IMG/VR virus record: IMGVR_UViG_3300010413_000004 | Location: 1-64,000 of that record | Reading direction: 5' to 3' (one strand) | Length of the DNA stretch: 64,000 nt | Source: a virus | Part shown: positions 18,578-26,971 of the stretch, piece by piece | How the letters are laid out: every line of letters starts with the position of its first letter | Numbering within the stretch: the stretch's first letter is position 1 | Program-made: the position numbers and the translations under genes | Notes under the pieces: model-generated | Told to the model about the DNA's origin: nothing | Database searches by the model: none | What the model saw: only the letters and a program-made list of their open reading frames with translations

Positions 18578-19226
18578 CCTGTGTTACTCCCGGTTGCAGA
18601 CCTTGATATACAGCTTCCATTAGGCGTTGAGATGCTTCTACTGGCCATCCCGTTGCTGTAGCAAATGCAAAAAGATCTAGGCGTTTTGCAGCTTCTTGGG
18701 CCTTTGTCCCACTCATGGCTGATATGCCTTGACCATCCGGATCTCGTAATCCAGCACTAATTACACCTGCTGTTTGTACACTCTTTTGTGCATGTGGTAG
18801 CCACCTATTTTCATATTCTTTGGTGCGATCAGATCCTGCGACCAAATATATAGTTGTATAGCCACATTCCACTAAATAGCTCAATGCGTCCCATGCATTG
18901 TTAACGGCGCTTACGTTTACAATATTAGCCCAACTCATCAACTCTTTGATGAACGATACCTTGATATCAATAGGTAACGGATTGGATTTATTTTTCCTAG
19001 TTCCTTGAGTTGATGATGGAAATATGTATGCATCACCCCCATATTCCGCCGCCAAATCATGCGTTTTACGGAATAGTTTTTCATGCCCTTTTGTTGGTGG
19101 ATTGAATCTACCAACGGTGAAAACAGCGATTTTGCTGTGAGAGACCACACCATCTATATGAGAATAAGAGGATTTCATTGCATTGTAACTCCTAAGTTGT
19201 TTACGCAAGTATCCAACAAATCTCAC
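18510..19226 (-). CDS. HIGH-superfamily nucleotidyltransferase (phage cytidylyltransferase-like)
   Basis: GRFNPPTKGH, NPL, VAGSDR, SAG.RDPD, MSGTK. Confidence 0.85.
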   Translation of the reverse strand: MRFVGYLRKQLRSYNAMKSSYSHIDGVVSHSKIAVFTVGRFNPPTKGHEKLFRKTHDLAAEYGGDAYIFPSSTQGTRKNKSNPLPIDIKVSFIKELMSWANIVNVSAVNNAWDALSYLVECGYTTIYLVAGSDRTKEYENRWLPHAQKSVQTAGVISAGLRDPDGQGISAMSGTKAQEAAKRLDLFAFATATGWPVEASQRLMEAVYQGLQPGVTQDGNTRYKNKRKPIQDKATKLCT

Positions 19227-19248
19227 TATTTTTCAATATTTATGGTGG

Positions 19249-19277
19249 TTGACCTTGTAGCCAAATCGTGGTATAGT
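19249..19277 (+). promoter_or_regulatory. sigma70-type promoter for gp55-gp47-gp46 operon
   Basis: TTGACC-N17-TATAGT with extended TG. Confidence 0.75.
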
Positions 19278-19297
19278 GTTACCATAAGGAGAATTTA

Positions 19298-19831
19298 ATG
19301 TCAACAACCGAGAAGAAAACCAGAAAAACCAAAGCTAAAGGAAAGTATTACATTGATAAAAAGGAATTACTTGCTGAAGTAGTCGCAAGTAAAGAACAGG
19401 GAGCAATGTCAGATCGTCTGGCAGCCATGCTGCAGCTTCTTACGGAGAAGTATTCCATGTCGCCACAGTACATTAGATACTCATTCAAGGAAGACATGAA
19501 GAGTTTTGCTATGATGTCATTGGTGCATACTTGGAAAAGTTTTAAACCTGAGAAAAGTGATAACCCTTTTGCATTCTATACGCAATGTATCAAACATTCC
19601 TTCATCCAATATCTCAATAAAGAGAAGAAGCACCGAATTGTTCGTGATACGTTGTTGGTGTATCATGGAATGAATCCATCATACACATATCAGAATGAAT
19701 ACCAAGATAAGTTCCATGAGCAACACTATGGCGATGGTTCATCCAATGATACCGAAAACGAAGATACAACAAGTTCAATAGATTTAAACGAAGATAGTTC
19801 ATCTACATTTGATAGCACATACTTGTCATAA
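19298..19831 (+). CDS. gp55: Late-transcription sigma factor (gp55-like)
   Basis: YY.D.KEL, RYSFKEDM, F.PEKSDNPFAFYTQ....FIQ.LNKEKK; upstream of gp47/46. Confidence 0.9.
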   Translation: MSTTEKKTRKTKAKGKYYIDKKELLAEVVASKEQGAMSDRLAAMLQLLTEKYSMSPQYIRYSFKEDMKSFAMMSLVHTWKSFKPEKSDNPFAFYTQCIKHSFIQYLNKEKKHRIVRDTLLVYHGMNPSYTYQNEYQDKFHEQHYGDGSSNDTENEDTTSSIDLNEDSSSTFDSTYLS

Positions 19832-19859
19832 GTATTGCCTACTACAATGAGAATAATAA

Positions 19860-20942
19860 ATGGTAGCAGAAACGTTAAATTTTGATATCAGAAAAATAGC
19901 ACTGTTTTCTGATATCCATTTTGGCCGCAAGGCTAATTCAGTGCAGCACAATCAGGATTGTTTAAATTTTATTGTGTGGTTTTGTGAGCAGGTCCGAGCA
20001 GCAGGTGATATTGATGCTATTGGTTTTTTGGGTGATTGGAACGAGAACAGAAGTGCTCTCAATATCCAAACACTAAACTTCTCTTATGAAGGTGCAAAAC
20101 TGCTTAATAGTCTAGGAATTCCCGTGTTCTTTATTGTTGGTAATCATGATTTGTATCACCGACACACTCGAGACGTTCATTCGATTGTGCCATTCAATGA
20201 GTTTTCGAATTTTGTGGTAATCGATGAGCCCATTGTTGTTACCAATCCCAATGGCAATGCTCTATTTTGCCCATATCTATTTCACGAAGAGTATACTGAA
20301 CTAGCAAAGTATATGGATCTTCCTGTGTGGATGGGACACTTTGAATTTAAAGGATTCGAAGTTACTGGCTATGGAATGAAGATGCCTACTGGTCCAGATC
20401 CAGAAGATTTCAAGGGACCTGAATTCATTTTATCAGGCCATTTCCACAAGCGCCAAGCTAGACCAAATAGTAATGTTGTGTACATCGGTAACGCATTTCC
20501 TGCTGATTTTGGAGATGCTGGTGATAATGATAGAGGTATGGCGATATACGATTTCGTCAATAAAGACCTCAATTTTATTGATTGGGAAGATTGCCCCAAG
20601 TACACAAAAACAAAACTATCAGTATTATTAGATGGGTCTATCAAACTTGAACCAAATTCTAGAGTTAAATGTATTGTAGACATTCCGGTAACTTTTGAGG
20701 AGAGTACATTCCTGCGCCAAAAGTTTACTGAAGATTTCAACTTAAGAGAGTTCTCATTGGAAGAGTCTTTGGATATTAAAGAAGCGTTAAGCGATACTGA
20801 AGTTGATGTAGATTGGGATGACACCAAATTAGCGAGTGTAGATGAGCTAGTTCAAGAAATGTTAAAGGGAATTGAGAGTGACCACATCTCCAACCAAACT
20901 CTAATAACAATATATTCGGCACTCAAGACAAAAACACAATAA
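19860..20942 (+). CDS. gp47: Recombination endonuclease gp47 (Mre11/SbcD-like)
   Basis: SDIHFG, LGD, VGNHD, GH, SGHFH metallophosphoesterase motifs. Confidence 0.93.
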   Translation: MVAETLNFDIRKIALFSDIHFGRKANSVQHNQDCLNFIVWFCEQVRAAGDIDAIGFLGDWNENRSALNIQTLNFSYEGAKLLNSLGIPVFFIVGNHDLYHRHTRDVHSIVPFNEFSNFVVIDEPIVVTNPNGNALFCPYLFHEEYTELAKYMDLPVWMGHFEFKGFEVTGYGMKMPTGPDPEDFKGPEFILSGHFHKRQARPNSNVVYIGNAFPADFGDAGDNDRGMAIYDFVNKDLNFIDWEDCPKYTKTKLSVLLDGSIKLEPNSRVKCIVDIPVTFEESTFLRQKFTEDFNLREFSLEESLDIKEALSDTEVDVDWDDTKLASVDELVQEMLKGIESDHISNQTLITIYSALKTKTQ

Positions 20943-20943
20943 A

Positions 20944-22710
20944 ATGATAAAATTCAAAACGTTAACAATTAAAAACTTCCTCTCTTATGGTGCAGTTCCT
21001 ACTGTAATCGATTTAGATCAAGCTGGTACCACATTGATACTTGGGGAAGATTTGGATAATACTGCAAGTGGTGCTGGCGCGAATGGTTGCGGAAAGACAG
21101 TTATCATCAATGCGCTAACGTATGGGATATATGATAAGCCAATATCAGATATATCAAAAGACAACCTCGTAAACAATATTAACAAGAAGAATATGGAAGT
21201 TACCATTGAATTTGAAGTTAATGGTACGGAGTATTTGGTTAAACGAGTACGAAAAGCAAAAGCTGGTGCTGCTGGAAACTACGTTCAATTTTTCGCTGAC
21301 GGAAAAGATATAACACCTGATAGTGTTGGAAATACCAATGCACTCATTGAGTCTATTATAGGTATTCCATATGAGATCTTTGTGCGCGTAGCAGCCTTCT
21401 CTGCTAATCACATTCCTTTCCTAGACCTTCCTGTGCGTTCACCCCATGCTGCTAATCAAACTGATATCATCGAAGAGTTATTTGATCTTAAAACTCTTTC
21501 TGAGAAGGCAGTATCTCTGAAGGATGCAATTAAGGATGCTGAGCAATCTCTCGAAATTCAACGTGCTCGTGTTGATCAATTAGAGAAAGAGAAAGCAAGA
21601 CACTTAATACAATTGGAAACCGCTGAGAAACGAGTTGTAAATTGGGACACACAAAATCGTGCTGAAATTGAGACCATTCTTCAGAAATTGAAAAAGTTAG
21701 AAGACGTTGATGTTGATAGTCAACGTAATTTGCACGATGAGTTGACATCCATAAATAACGATCTAACTGCAGCATTGGCTACGCAACGTTCAATCGAACG
21801 TAGTATTTCATTAAAAGCTAAAATTATTGGTAATAAGACCAAAGAATTGTCTCATTTGAAAGATGATAAGTGTCCATACTGCCTCCAACAATACGCTGAT
21901 GCTAATTTAAAAATCGATGAATGTGATGCTGAACTTGCAACAGTAAAAGCAGAACTGGAAAAGTTGGAACAAGAATTGACTGCAATTGATGATTTTGTAG
22001 AAAACTTAGAGTTAGATCGTGATATGATATCTGCTCGCATTACTGTGGCTGATATGGATGAATTACTAGAAATCAAAAGTAAAGCCTCCCATTATAACAA
22101 GCGAGTGAAGGAATTACGTCAAACTGAAAATCCGTTTGTAGAACCTCTTCGTGAGCTACAGGATATTGTTTTTGAAAGTGCAAGCATGGACAAGATTAAT
22201 GAGTTGACATCATTGATCGAGCACCAGAAATTTTTGCACAAACTACTCACAAAGAAAGACAGTTTTGTTCGAAAAGCGTTGCTGAATAAAAATATTCCCT
22301 TCTTGAATTCACGACTAGCGAACTATCTCAATGAACTAGGTTTACCTCATACAGTGGAATTTACTCACGAAATGACTGCAAGTATATCTCAGTTTGGTCG
22401 TCCTTTGGATTTTGGTAACCTATCCAATGGTCAGCGTGCTCGCGTTAATTTGGCATTATCGTTTGCTTTTAGAGATGTATTACAGAGTGTTCATGGACAC
22501 ATTAATGTGTGCATGTTGGATGAAGCGCTTGATGTTGGTCTTGATACTGTTGGTGTCCAAAATGCTGCCAGAATGTTGAAGAGGAAAGCACGCGATGAAG
22601 GTCTATCTATGTTCATCATATCACACAGAGACGAAATTGACAATGCATTCGACAGAAAGATTGTTGTTCAAATGTCAAAGGGGTTCTCCAGCATAACGGA
22701 AATGGAGTAA
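20944..22710 (+). CDS. gp46: Recombination ATPase gp46 (Rad50/SbcC-like)
   Basis: KNFLSYG, GANGCGKT, CPYC hook, LSNGQ signature, LDE, ISH. Confidence 0.95.
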   Translation: MIKFKTLTIKNFLSYGAVPTVIDLDQAGTTLILGEDLDNTASGAGANGCGKTVIINALTYGIYDKPISDISKDNLVNNINKKNMEVTIEFEVNGTEYLVKRVRKAKAGAAGNYVQFFADGKDITPDSVGNTNALIESIIGIPYEIFVRVAAFSANHIPFLDLPVRSPHAANQTDIIEELFDLKTLSEKAVSLKDAIKDAEQSLEIQRARVDQLEKEKARHLIQLETAEKRVVNWDTQNRAEIETILQKLKKLEDVDVDSQRNLHDELTSINNDLTAALATQRSIERSISLKAKIIGNKTKELSHLKDDKCPYCLQQYADANLKIDECDAELATVKAELEKLEQELTAIDDFVENLELDRDMISARITVADMDELLEIKSKASHYNKRVKELRQTENPFVEPLRELQDIVFESASMDKINELTSLIEHQKFLHKLLTKKDSFVRKALLNKNIPFLNSRLANYLNELGLPHTVEFTHEMTASISQFGRPLDFGNLSNGQRARVNLALSFAFRDVLQSVHGHINVCMLDEALDVGLDTVGVQNAARMLKRKARDEGLSMFIISHRDEIDNAFDRKIVVQMSKGFSSITEME

Positions 22711-22713
22711 TTA

Positions 22714-23040
22714 ATGAAGAAACACATTCACGTCGAAGAAGGTCAAACTTTTACTGATGATCTCAATGAAATGAATTTTGGTGATATCTTAGTAATATCA
22801 CGTAAGTTACCAAATGGTAACATCCAACCACTTATGCGTGTTAAGCGTATTAGCAGACAGCCTAAATGGCGAGATGTAATAAGCGCGTACACATTTGAAA
22901 ATGAGTACAGGTTGTGTCACGCATATGTGTATACACTTTATAGAGGAACAGAAATGGTTATGTATGTTCCCTGTGAAGAATGTGAGAAGAAATACCAAGC
23001 ATACCACAATGCATTCAGTGGAGTAGGTAGATTTATGTAA
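22714..23040 (+). CDS. Hypothetical protein
   Basis: 108-aa ORF with GGAG RBS, tightly packed in the operon. Confidence 0.6.
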   Translation: MKKHIHVEEGQTFTDDLNEMNFGDILVISRKLPNGNIQPLMRVKRISRQPKWRDVISAYTFENEYRLCHAYVYTLYRGTEMVMYVPCEECEKKYQAYHNAFSGVGRFM

Positions 23041-23070
23041 AGAGTGTACTTTGATGGATATATATTCATC

Positions 23071-23568
23071 ATGAGAATATTATCCATAGACCAAAGTTAC
23101 ACTTCATGTGGTATTGTTGTTTTTGATGATACTGAAATTATCCATGTCGACCGTTTTGTTACGAAGGGCAAAGATAAAGATATGTTCCAACGCGCTGTTA
23201 TAATCGCAGAGGAAATCGTAAAAGTTGCAAAAGAATTCTCGCCGGATCTTGTGGCACTCGAAGGTTTAGCTTTTGGGATGAGAGGAAGTGCTACGAGAGA
23301 TTTGGCAGGATTGCAATTTATCATTGTTGCGTGGTTGCGTGAAATTAACAACTTTGACGTTGATATAATCGCTCCATTAACAGTTAAGAAGTTTGCGACT
23401 GGCAACGGCAGATCAAAAAAAGAAGAACTATATGAGTGCTTACCCCAAAAAACAAAAGATTTTTTGGTTGAAGAAAAGGGTTACAAAAAATCAAAAGGTC
23501 TTTTCGATTTAGTAGATGCATACTGGATTGGTAGGACTGCACATGACAAAAAAGTAGAAGGAAAGTAA
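23071..23568 (+). CDS. ruvC: RuvC-like Holliday junction resolvase
   Basis: MRILSIDQS....G, VALEG, P.TVKKFATGNG..KK, D..DAY. Confidence 0.85.
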   Translation: MRILSIDQSYTSCGIVVFDDTEIIHVDRFVTKGKDKDMFQRAVIIAEEIVKVAKEFSPDLVALEGLAFGMRGSATRDLAGLQFIIVAWLREINNFDVDIIAPLTVKKFATGNGRSKKEELYECLPQKTKDFLVEEKGYKKSKGLFDLVDAYWIGRTAHDKKVEGK

Positions 23569-23570
23569 AC

Positions 23571-23747
23571 GTGGCAACATATACGTACAAATGCGAACAC
23601 TGTGAAGTAGTATTTGAAGCAACACAGAGCATGAAAGATGAACCACTGAAAGATTGTCCAGAATGTCAGAAGAAAGATGTACTCAAACGTATAATTACGG
23701 GTGGACTAGGCTTTAAACACTACGGTTATCCAACGAGATATCGTTAA
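23571..23747 (+). CDS. FmdB-family zinc-ribbon protein (58 aa)
   Basis: Hand translation MATYTYKCEHC...FE...SMKDEPLKDCPEC....LKRII; below the ORF track cut-off. Confidence 0.85.
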   Translation: MATYTYKCEHCEVVFEATQSMKDEPLKDCPECQKKDVLKRIITGGLGFKHYGYPTRYR

Positions 23748-23789
23748 TCTTTTAATATAAAGCTATACTATAACAAATACCTATCACAC

Positions 23790-24145
23790 AAGATAGAAGA
23801 GACACCGGCTTTCCGGGAGGGCGTCCAGTTCTGGCTATTAAATTAGCAGAATTTACACAGGTCCTTGCGTTCATTCGCAAAAATTGCGCGTACCATTTGA
23901 GGCGAGAAATAAGATTCCGTATTAGAATGCCAAAGCAATCCAAAAGATCCGTTATCTCCTACGCACAAGGAGTCGTTATGACAGTAGACTGTTAGGGCGC
24001 GTTACCGTTTCGTACCCTTGGAGGACCTAGTGTCCTCCTAAACGGGGAATTAAGAATTATCAATTATTATCAATACTTCTCTTTGTTAGTTTTACAAATT
24101 GATGGCTCCAAAACGAACGCAGTGAGTGTGGACCATCAATTACGA
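23790..24145. other. Structured non-coding region (candidate ncRNA or replication origin)
   Basis: Largest intergenic gap in the window; seven or more inverted repeats; no credible ORF. Confidence 0.45.
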
Positions 24146-24164
24146 AGTTAGTGACTTAATCTGG

Positions 24165-24193
24165 TTGATTTTGTGTTCATTTTGTGGTATATT
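24165..24193 (+). promoter_or_regulatory. sigma70-type promoter for helicase
   Basis: TTGATT-N17-TATATT with extended TG. Confidence 0.65.
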
Positions 24194-24225
24194 GTTACTA
24201 TTAAAATAAAAATGGTGATGGTTAC

Positions 24226-25833
24226 ATGTCAAAGAATATAATGGATTACTGGGCGTTTGGCGATAAAATGCCACCAAGAAAGAGTCAACAAATAGCACTA
24301 GAGTGGCTAGAAAAACAGACTGCAAAATACCTGATAATCGAAGCTCCAGTTGGAGTTGGTAAGAGTGCTATTGGTATAACGTATTCTCAATTTGTTGGTA
24401 AACGAACGCAGAAATATAGAGGCGATGCATTCATATTAACTCCACAACGTATTTTACAAGAGCAATATGAACAATCTTTTCGTAATAATGAGAAGATAAG
24501 TTTAGCTTCATTATATGGCAAAACTAATTATCCATGTGCTTCTAAAAACACAACTTGTGAAGTAGGTAGCGTAGTTAAACCTAAGTGCACAAGTTGTCCT
24601 CATGCATTAGCTAAGACAGCAGCTAAAAACTCAGCTAACACCATTTTGAATTACAAATTAGCTCTAACATCCTTTGCATATACTGAAGTATTTGATCCAC
24701 GTGAAGTGATGATTTTAGATGAATGTCACACATTAGAAGACCACTTAGTTTCCTTTGATGCACTACAAATTTCTGAATGGAAGTGTCAGAAATATAATGT
24801 CCCATATAAGAAGCAAACAGACATCAATGAAGCATTGCAGTGGTTAAAAGACGAATATTTGCCTAAAATTAAAGATGTCTTGGAAGACATGCAAGAAGAG
24901 TGTGACCACCTCTATGAAAAAGCTGGTAGTGAATTATCTCGCAAGGAAATTAAGAAACTTAAAGACTTTGATACTTTAGCTGACCATGTTGATGAAGCAA
25001 CTATGATGTCAGCACGTACCAGTGATTATGTGAATGCTAATTTCGTTTTGGTATGGGATTCAACACAATTTCATTTTAAGAGATTAACTGGTGAATATTC
25101 CTTCCATAGAATTCTTAAGCCCAAAGCCAAACGTTTCCTCTTCATGTCCTCTACCATCTTGGATAAGAATGGTTTCTGTCAGGATCTAGGAATCCCACCA
25201 GAAGACACTGCGTTTCTGACGTTGGATTCTGAATTTCCTGAAGAGAATCGACCGGTATATTACATGCCACAAATGAAGATGAATTACTCATGGAATGACC
25301 AGTCCAATAAGCGCAATAGGGATGAGATGATCAATACCATCAAATCTCTATGCGATATCCATAAAGGCGAATCAGGCATAATTCATGCGGCTAACTTTTC
25401 AGTAGCTAAGTGGTTGGTTGAAGAATTGGAAGGTGATGTACCACAACGTGTCTTCCATCACAATCCTGATAGTGGAGATGATCGAAATTCGATCATCTAT
25501 GCATTCACTTCTTCTCCTAAACCTGGAATCTTAATCTCTCCATCCTCAACTGAGGGATTGGATCTTCAAGGAGATCTTGGTCGGTTTGCCATCTTTGCAA
25601 AAGTACCCTTTGGATTCTTGGGAGATCAGTGGATTAAACGTAGGATGGAAATGTCTGGAGAGTGGTACGCAAGAAGAGCTCTAATCGATATTATCCAAGG
25701 TGGAGGACGTGTAGTTCGTAGTGAAACCGACCATGGAGCTGTATATATTTTAGATCAGAGCTTTTCTGTGCTATACAAAAGATCGTATGGTATGATACCC
25801 GATTGGTGGAAGCGAGCATACCACATCATTTAA
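24226..25833 (+). CDS. DinG/XPD-family SF2 helicase
   Basis: Q motif (PRKSQ), EAPVGVGKS, four-Cys cluster (C..C..C..C), DECH, MSST, EGLDL, Q..GRVVRS..D.G...ILD. Confidence 0.9.
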   Translation: MSKNIMDYWAFGDKMPPRKSQQIALEWLEKQTAKYLIIEAPVGVGKSAIGITYSQFVGKRTQKYRGDAFILTPQRILQEQYEQSFRNNEKISLASLYGKTNYPCASKNTTCEVGSVVKPKCTSCPHALAKTAAKNSANTILNYKLALTSFAYTEVFDPREVMILDECHTLEDHLVSFDALQISEWKCQKYNVPYKKQTDINEALQWLKDEYLPKIKDVLEDMQEECDHLYEKAGSELSRKEIKKLKDFDTLADHVDEATMMSARTSDYVNANFVLVWDSTQFHFKRLTGEYSFHRILKPKAKRFLFMSSTILDKNGFCQDLGIPPEDTAFLTLDSEFPEENRPVYYMPQMKMNYSWNDQSNKRNRDEMINTIKSLCDIHKGESGIIHAANFSVAKWLVEELEGDVPQRVFHHNPDSGDDRNSIIYAFTSSPKPGILISPSSTEGLDLQGDLGRFAIFAKVPFGFLGDQWIKRRMEMSGEWYARRALIDIIQGGGRVVRSETDHGAVYILDQSFSVLYKRSYGMIPDWWKRAYHII

Positions 25834-26053
25834 TATTGAGGATGAGGTCGATTTGCTTCTGTTTTCAATCGTTTTTCGATAAAAATAGCAATTCTGTCAC
25901 GTTCACCATATGTGCGCCGGAGCATATCATCATATGATATTGCTCCTCGCATAAAGTATGTCAATTCTATAGTGCTATCTAAGATGATTTGAGCTTCTCG
26001 CTGAAGACGACCAAACATGTCAACAATTTCTTGTTGTGTACCATTCTTCAGCG
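25830..26053 (-). CDS. gp51-like baseplate hub / tail assembly protein (probably the C-terminal part of a frameshift product)
   Basis: L.YFMRG.ISY.D......ER; frame open back to the T7 run at the end of the upstream gene; no RBS at ATG 26018. Confidence 0.65.
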
Positions 26054-26866
26054 TTATGTAAAAAAAGCTATAGGGTTGAGGGGTGCAGCAAGCTGCACTT
26101 CCTCACCACAATCACGACAAGTAACTGTCGTTTCAAATGATGGACCCCAATCAGTAGATTCCTCAATCTTCTTATTAATCGTACGTAACCACCCTGCTGG
26201 TAGCACATTCAACCACTCACGAATTAGCTCTCTATCTTCAATTTCATCAACAGAAACAATAATGTGTAGTAGGGTATCGAACATCACTTGACGAATCCGA
26301 TCTGGCGTAGCTTCTTCACTTTCATTCAATTGCATTAGCTCAATGAAGTGTTTATATCGAATAGGTTCCAACCGTACTCTTTGACCATTTACTAGAGTCA
26401 CAGTGTATGTTGCAGCAACTTTAGTTGGGTCAATTCTCTTCGATTCTTTAATGAAAGTATCCATTGAAATGATGTACGAGTGTTCTTTTGCACCATCGCA
26501 AGTGTGAGTATGCATTATTTGCATTTCTGCACCAAACGTTACTTTTCGAAGACATATCATCAAGAAGTCTACGTCTCTTGCTAACATGTCCATTGGTTTT
26601 TTGATTTGAGGAATACATCTAGCAAACACCTCTTCGATAGCCTTACCACTGTACAGCATATCAGGAGATTTCATGACAATTTCATCAATTGTGGTCATAG
26701 GATATATGTGGACCTCACCATCTTTTACATCTGAGTTCAATTCACCATTTTCATAAAAAATTCCGCCAGATGGCAGTCTAAACGTTTCTCCTGGAATCCT
26801 TGCTCGCTCGAGTAGTGGATTGACAATTTGTGGTGGTTGAGGTGTAGTTTCGGTGTTATCTGTCAT
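26054..26866 (-). CDS. gp26: gp26-like baseplate hub subunit / tail assembly chaperone
   Basis: LPS.G.FY, PMT..DEI, D.DFL.I.LR..T.G, C-terminal C..CG and ...FF ending. Confidence 0.8.
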   Translation of the reverse strand: MTDNTETTPQPPQIVNPLLERARIPGETFRLPSGGIFYENGELNSDVKDGEVHIYPMTTIDEIVMKSPDMLYSGKAIEEVFARCIPQIKKPMDMLARDVDFLMICLRKVTFGAEMQIMHTHTCDGAKEHSYIISMDTFIKESKRIDPTKVAATYTVTLVNGQRVRLEPIRYKHFIELMQLNESEEATPDRIRQVMFDTLLHIIVSVDEIEDRELIREWLNVLPAGWLRTINKKIEESTDWGPSFETTVTCRDCGEEVQLAAPLNPIAFFT

Positions 26867-26971
26867 ATGTTTCTCCTATTGATATAGTATATATCATGGT
26901 TAACCTACTGCAAAAACGGCATAATGAGGTCGCCTGTATAAATACACAACAAACCAACGTAGGACCACATA

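Noticed and set aside
23752-23943. 63-aa minus-strand ORF explaining the intergenic gap
   Set aside because: TTG start without RBS, atypical composition, opposite to the operon direction
23800-24050. Hammerhead ribozyme or tmRNA in the non-coding island
   Set aside because: CGAAAC is present on the minus strand, but no CTGANGA core and no tRNA-like ends were found
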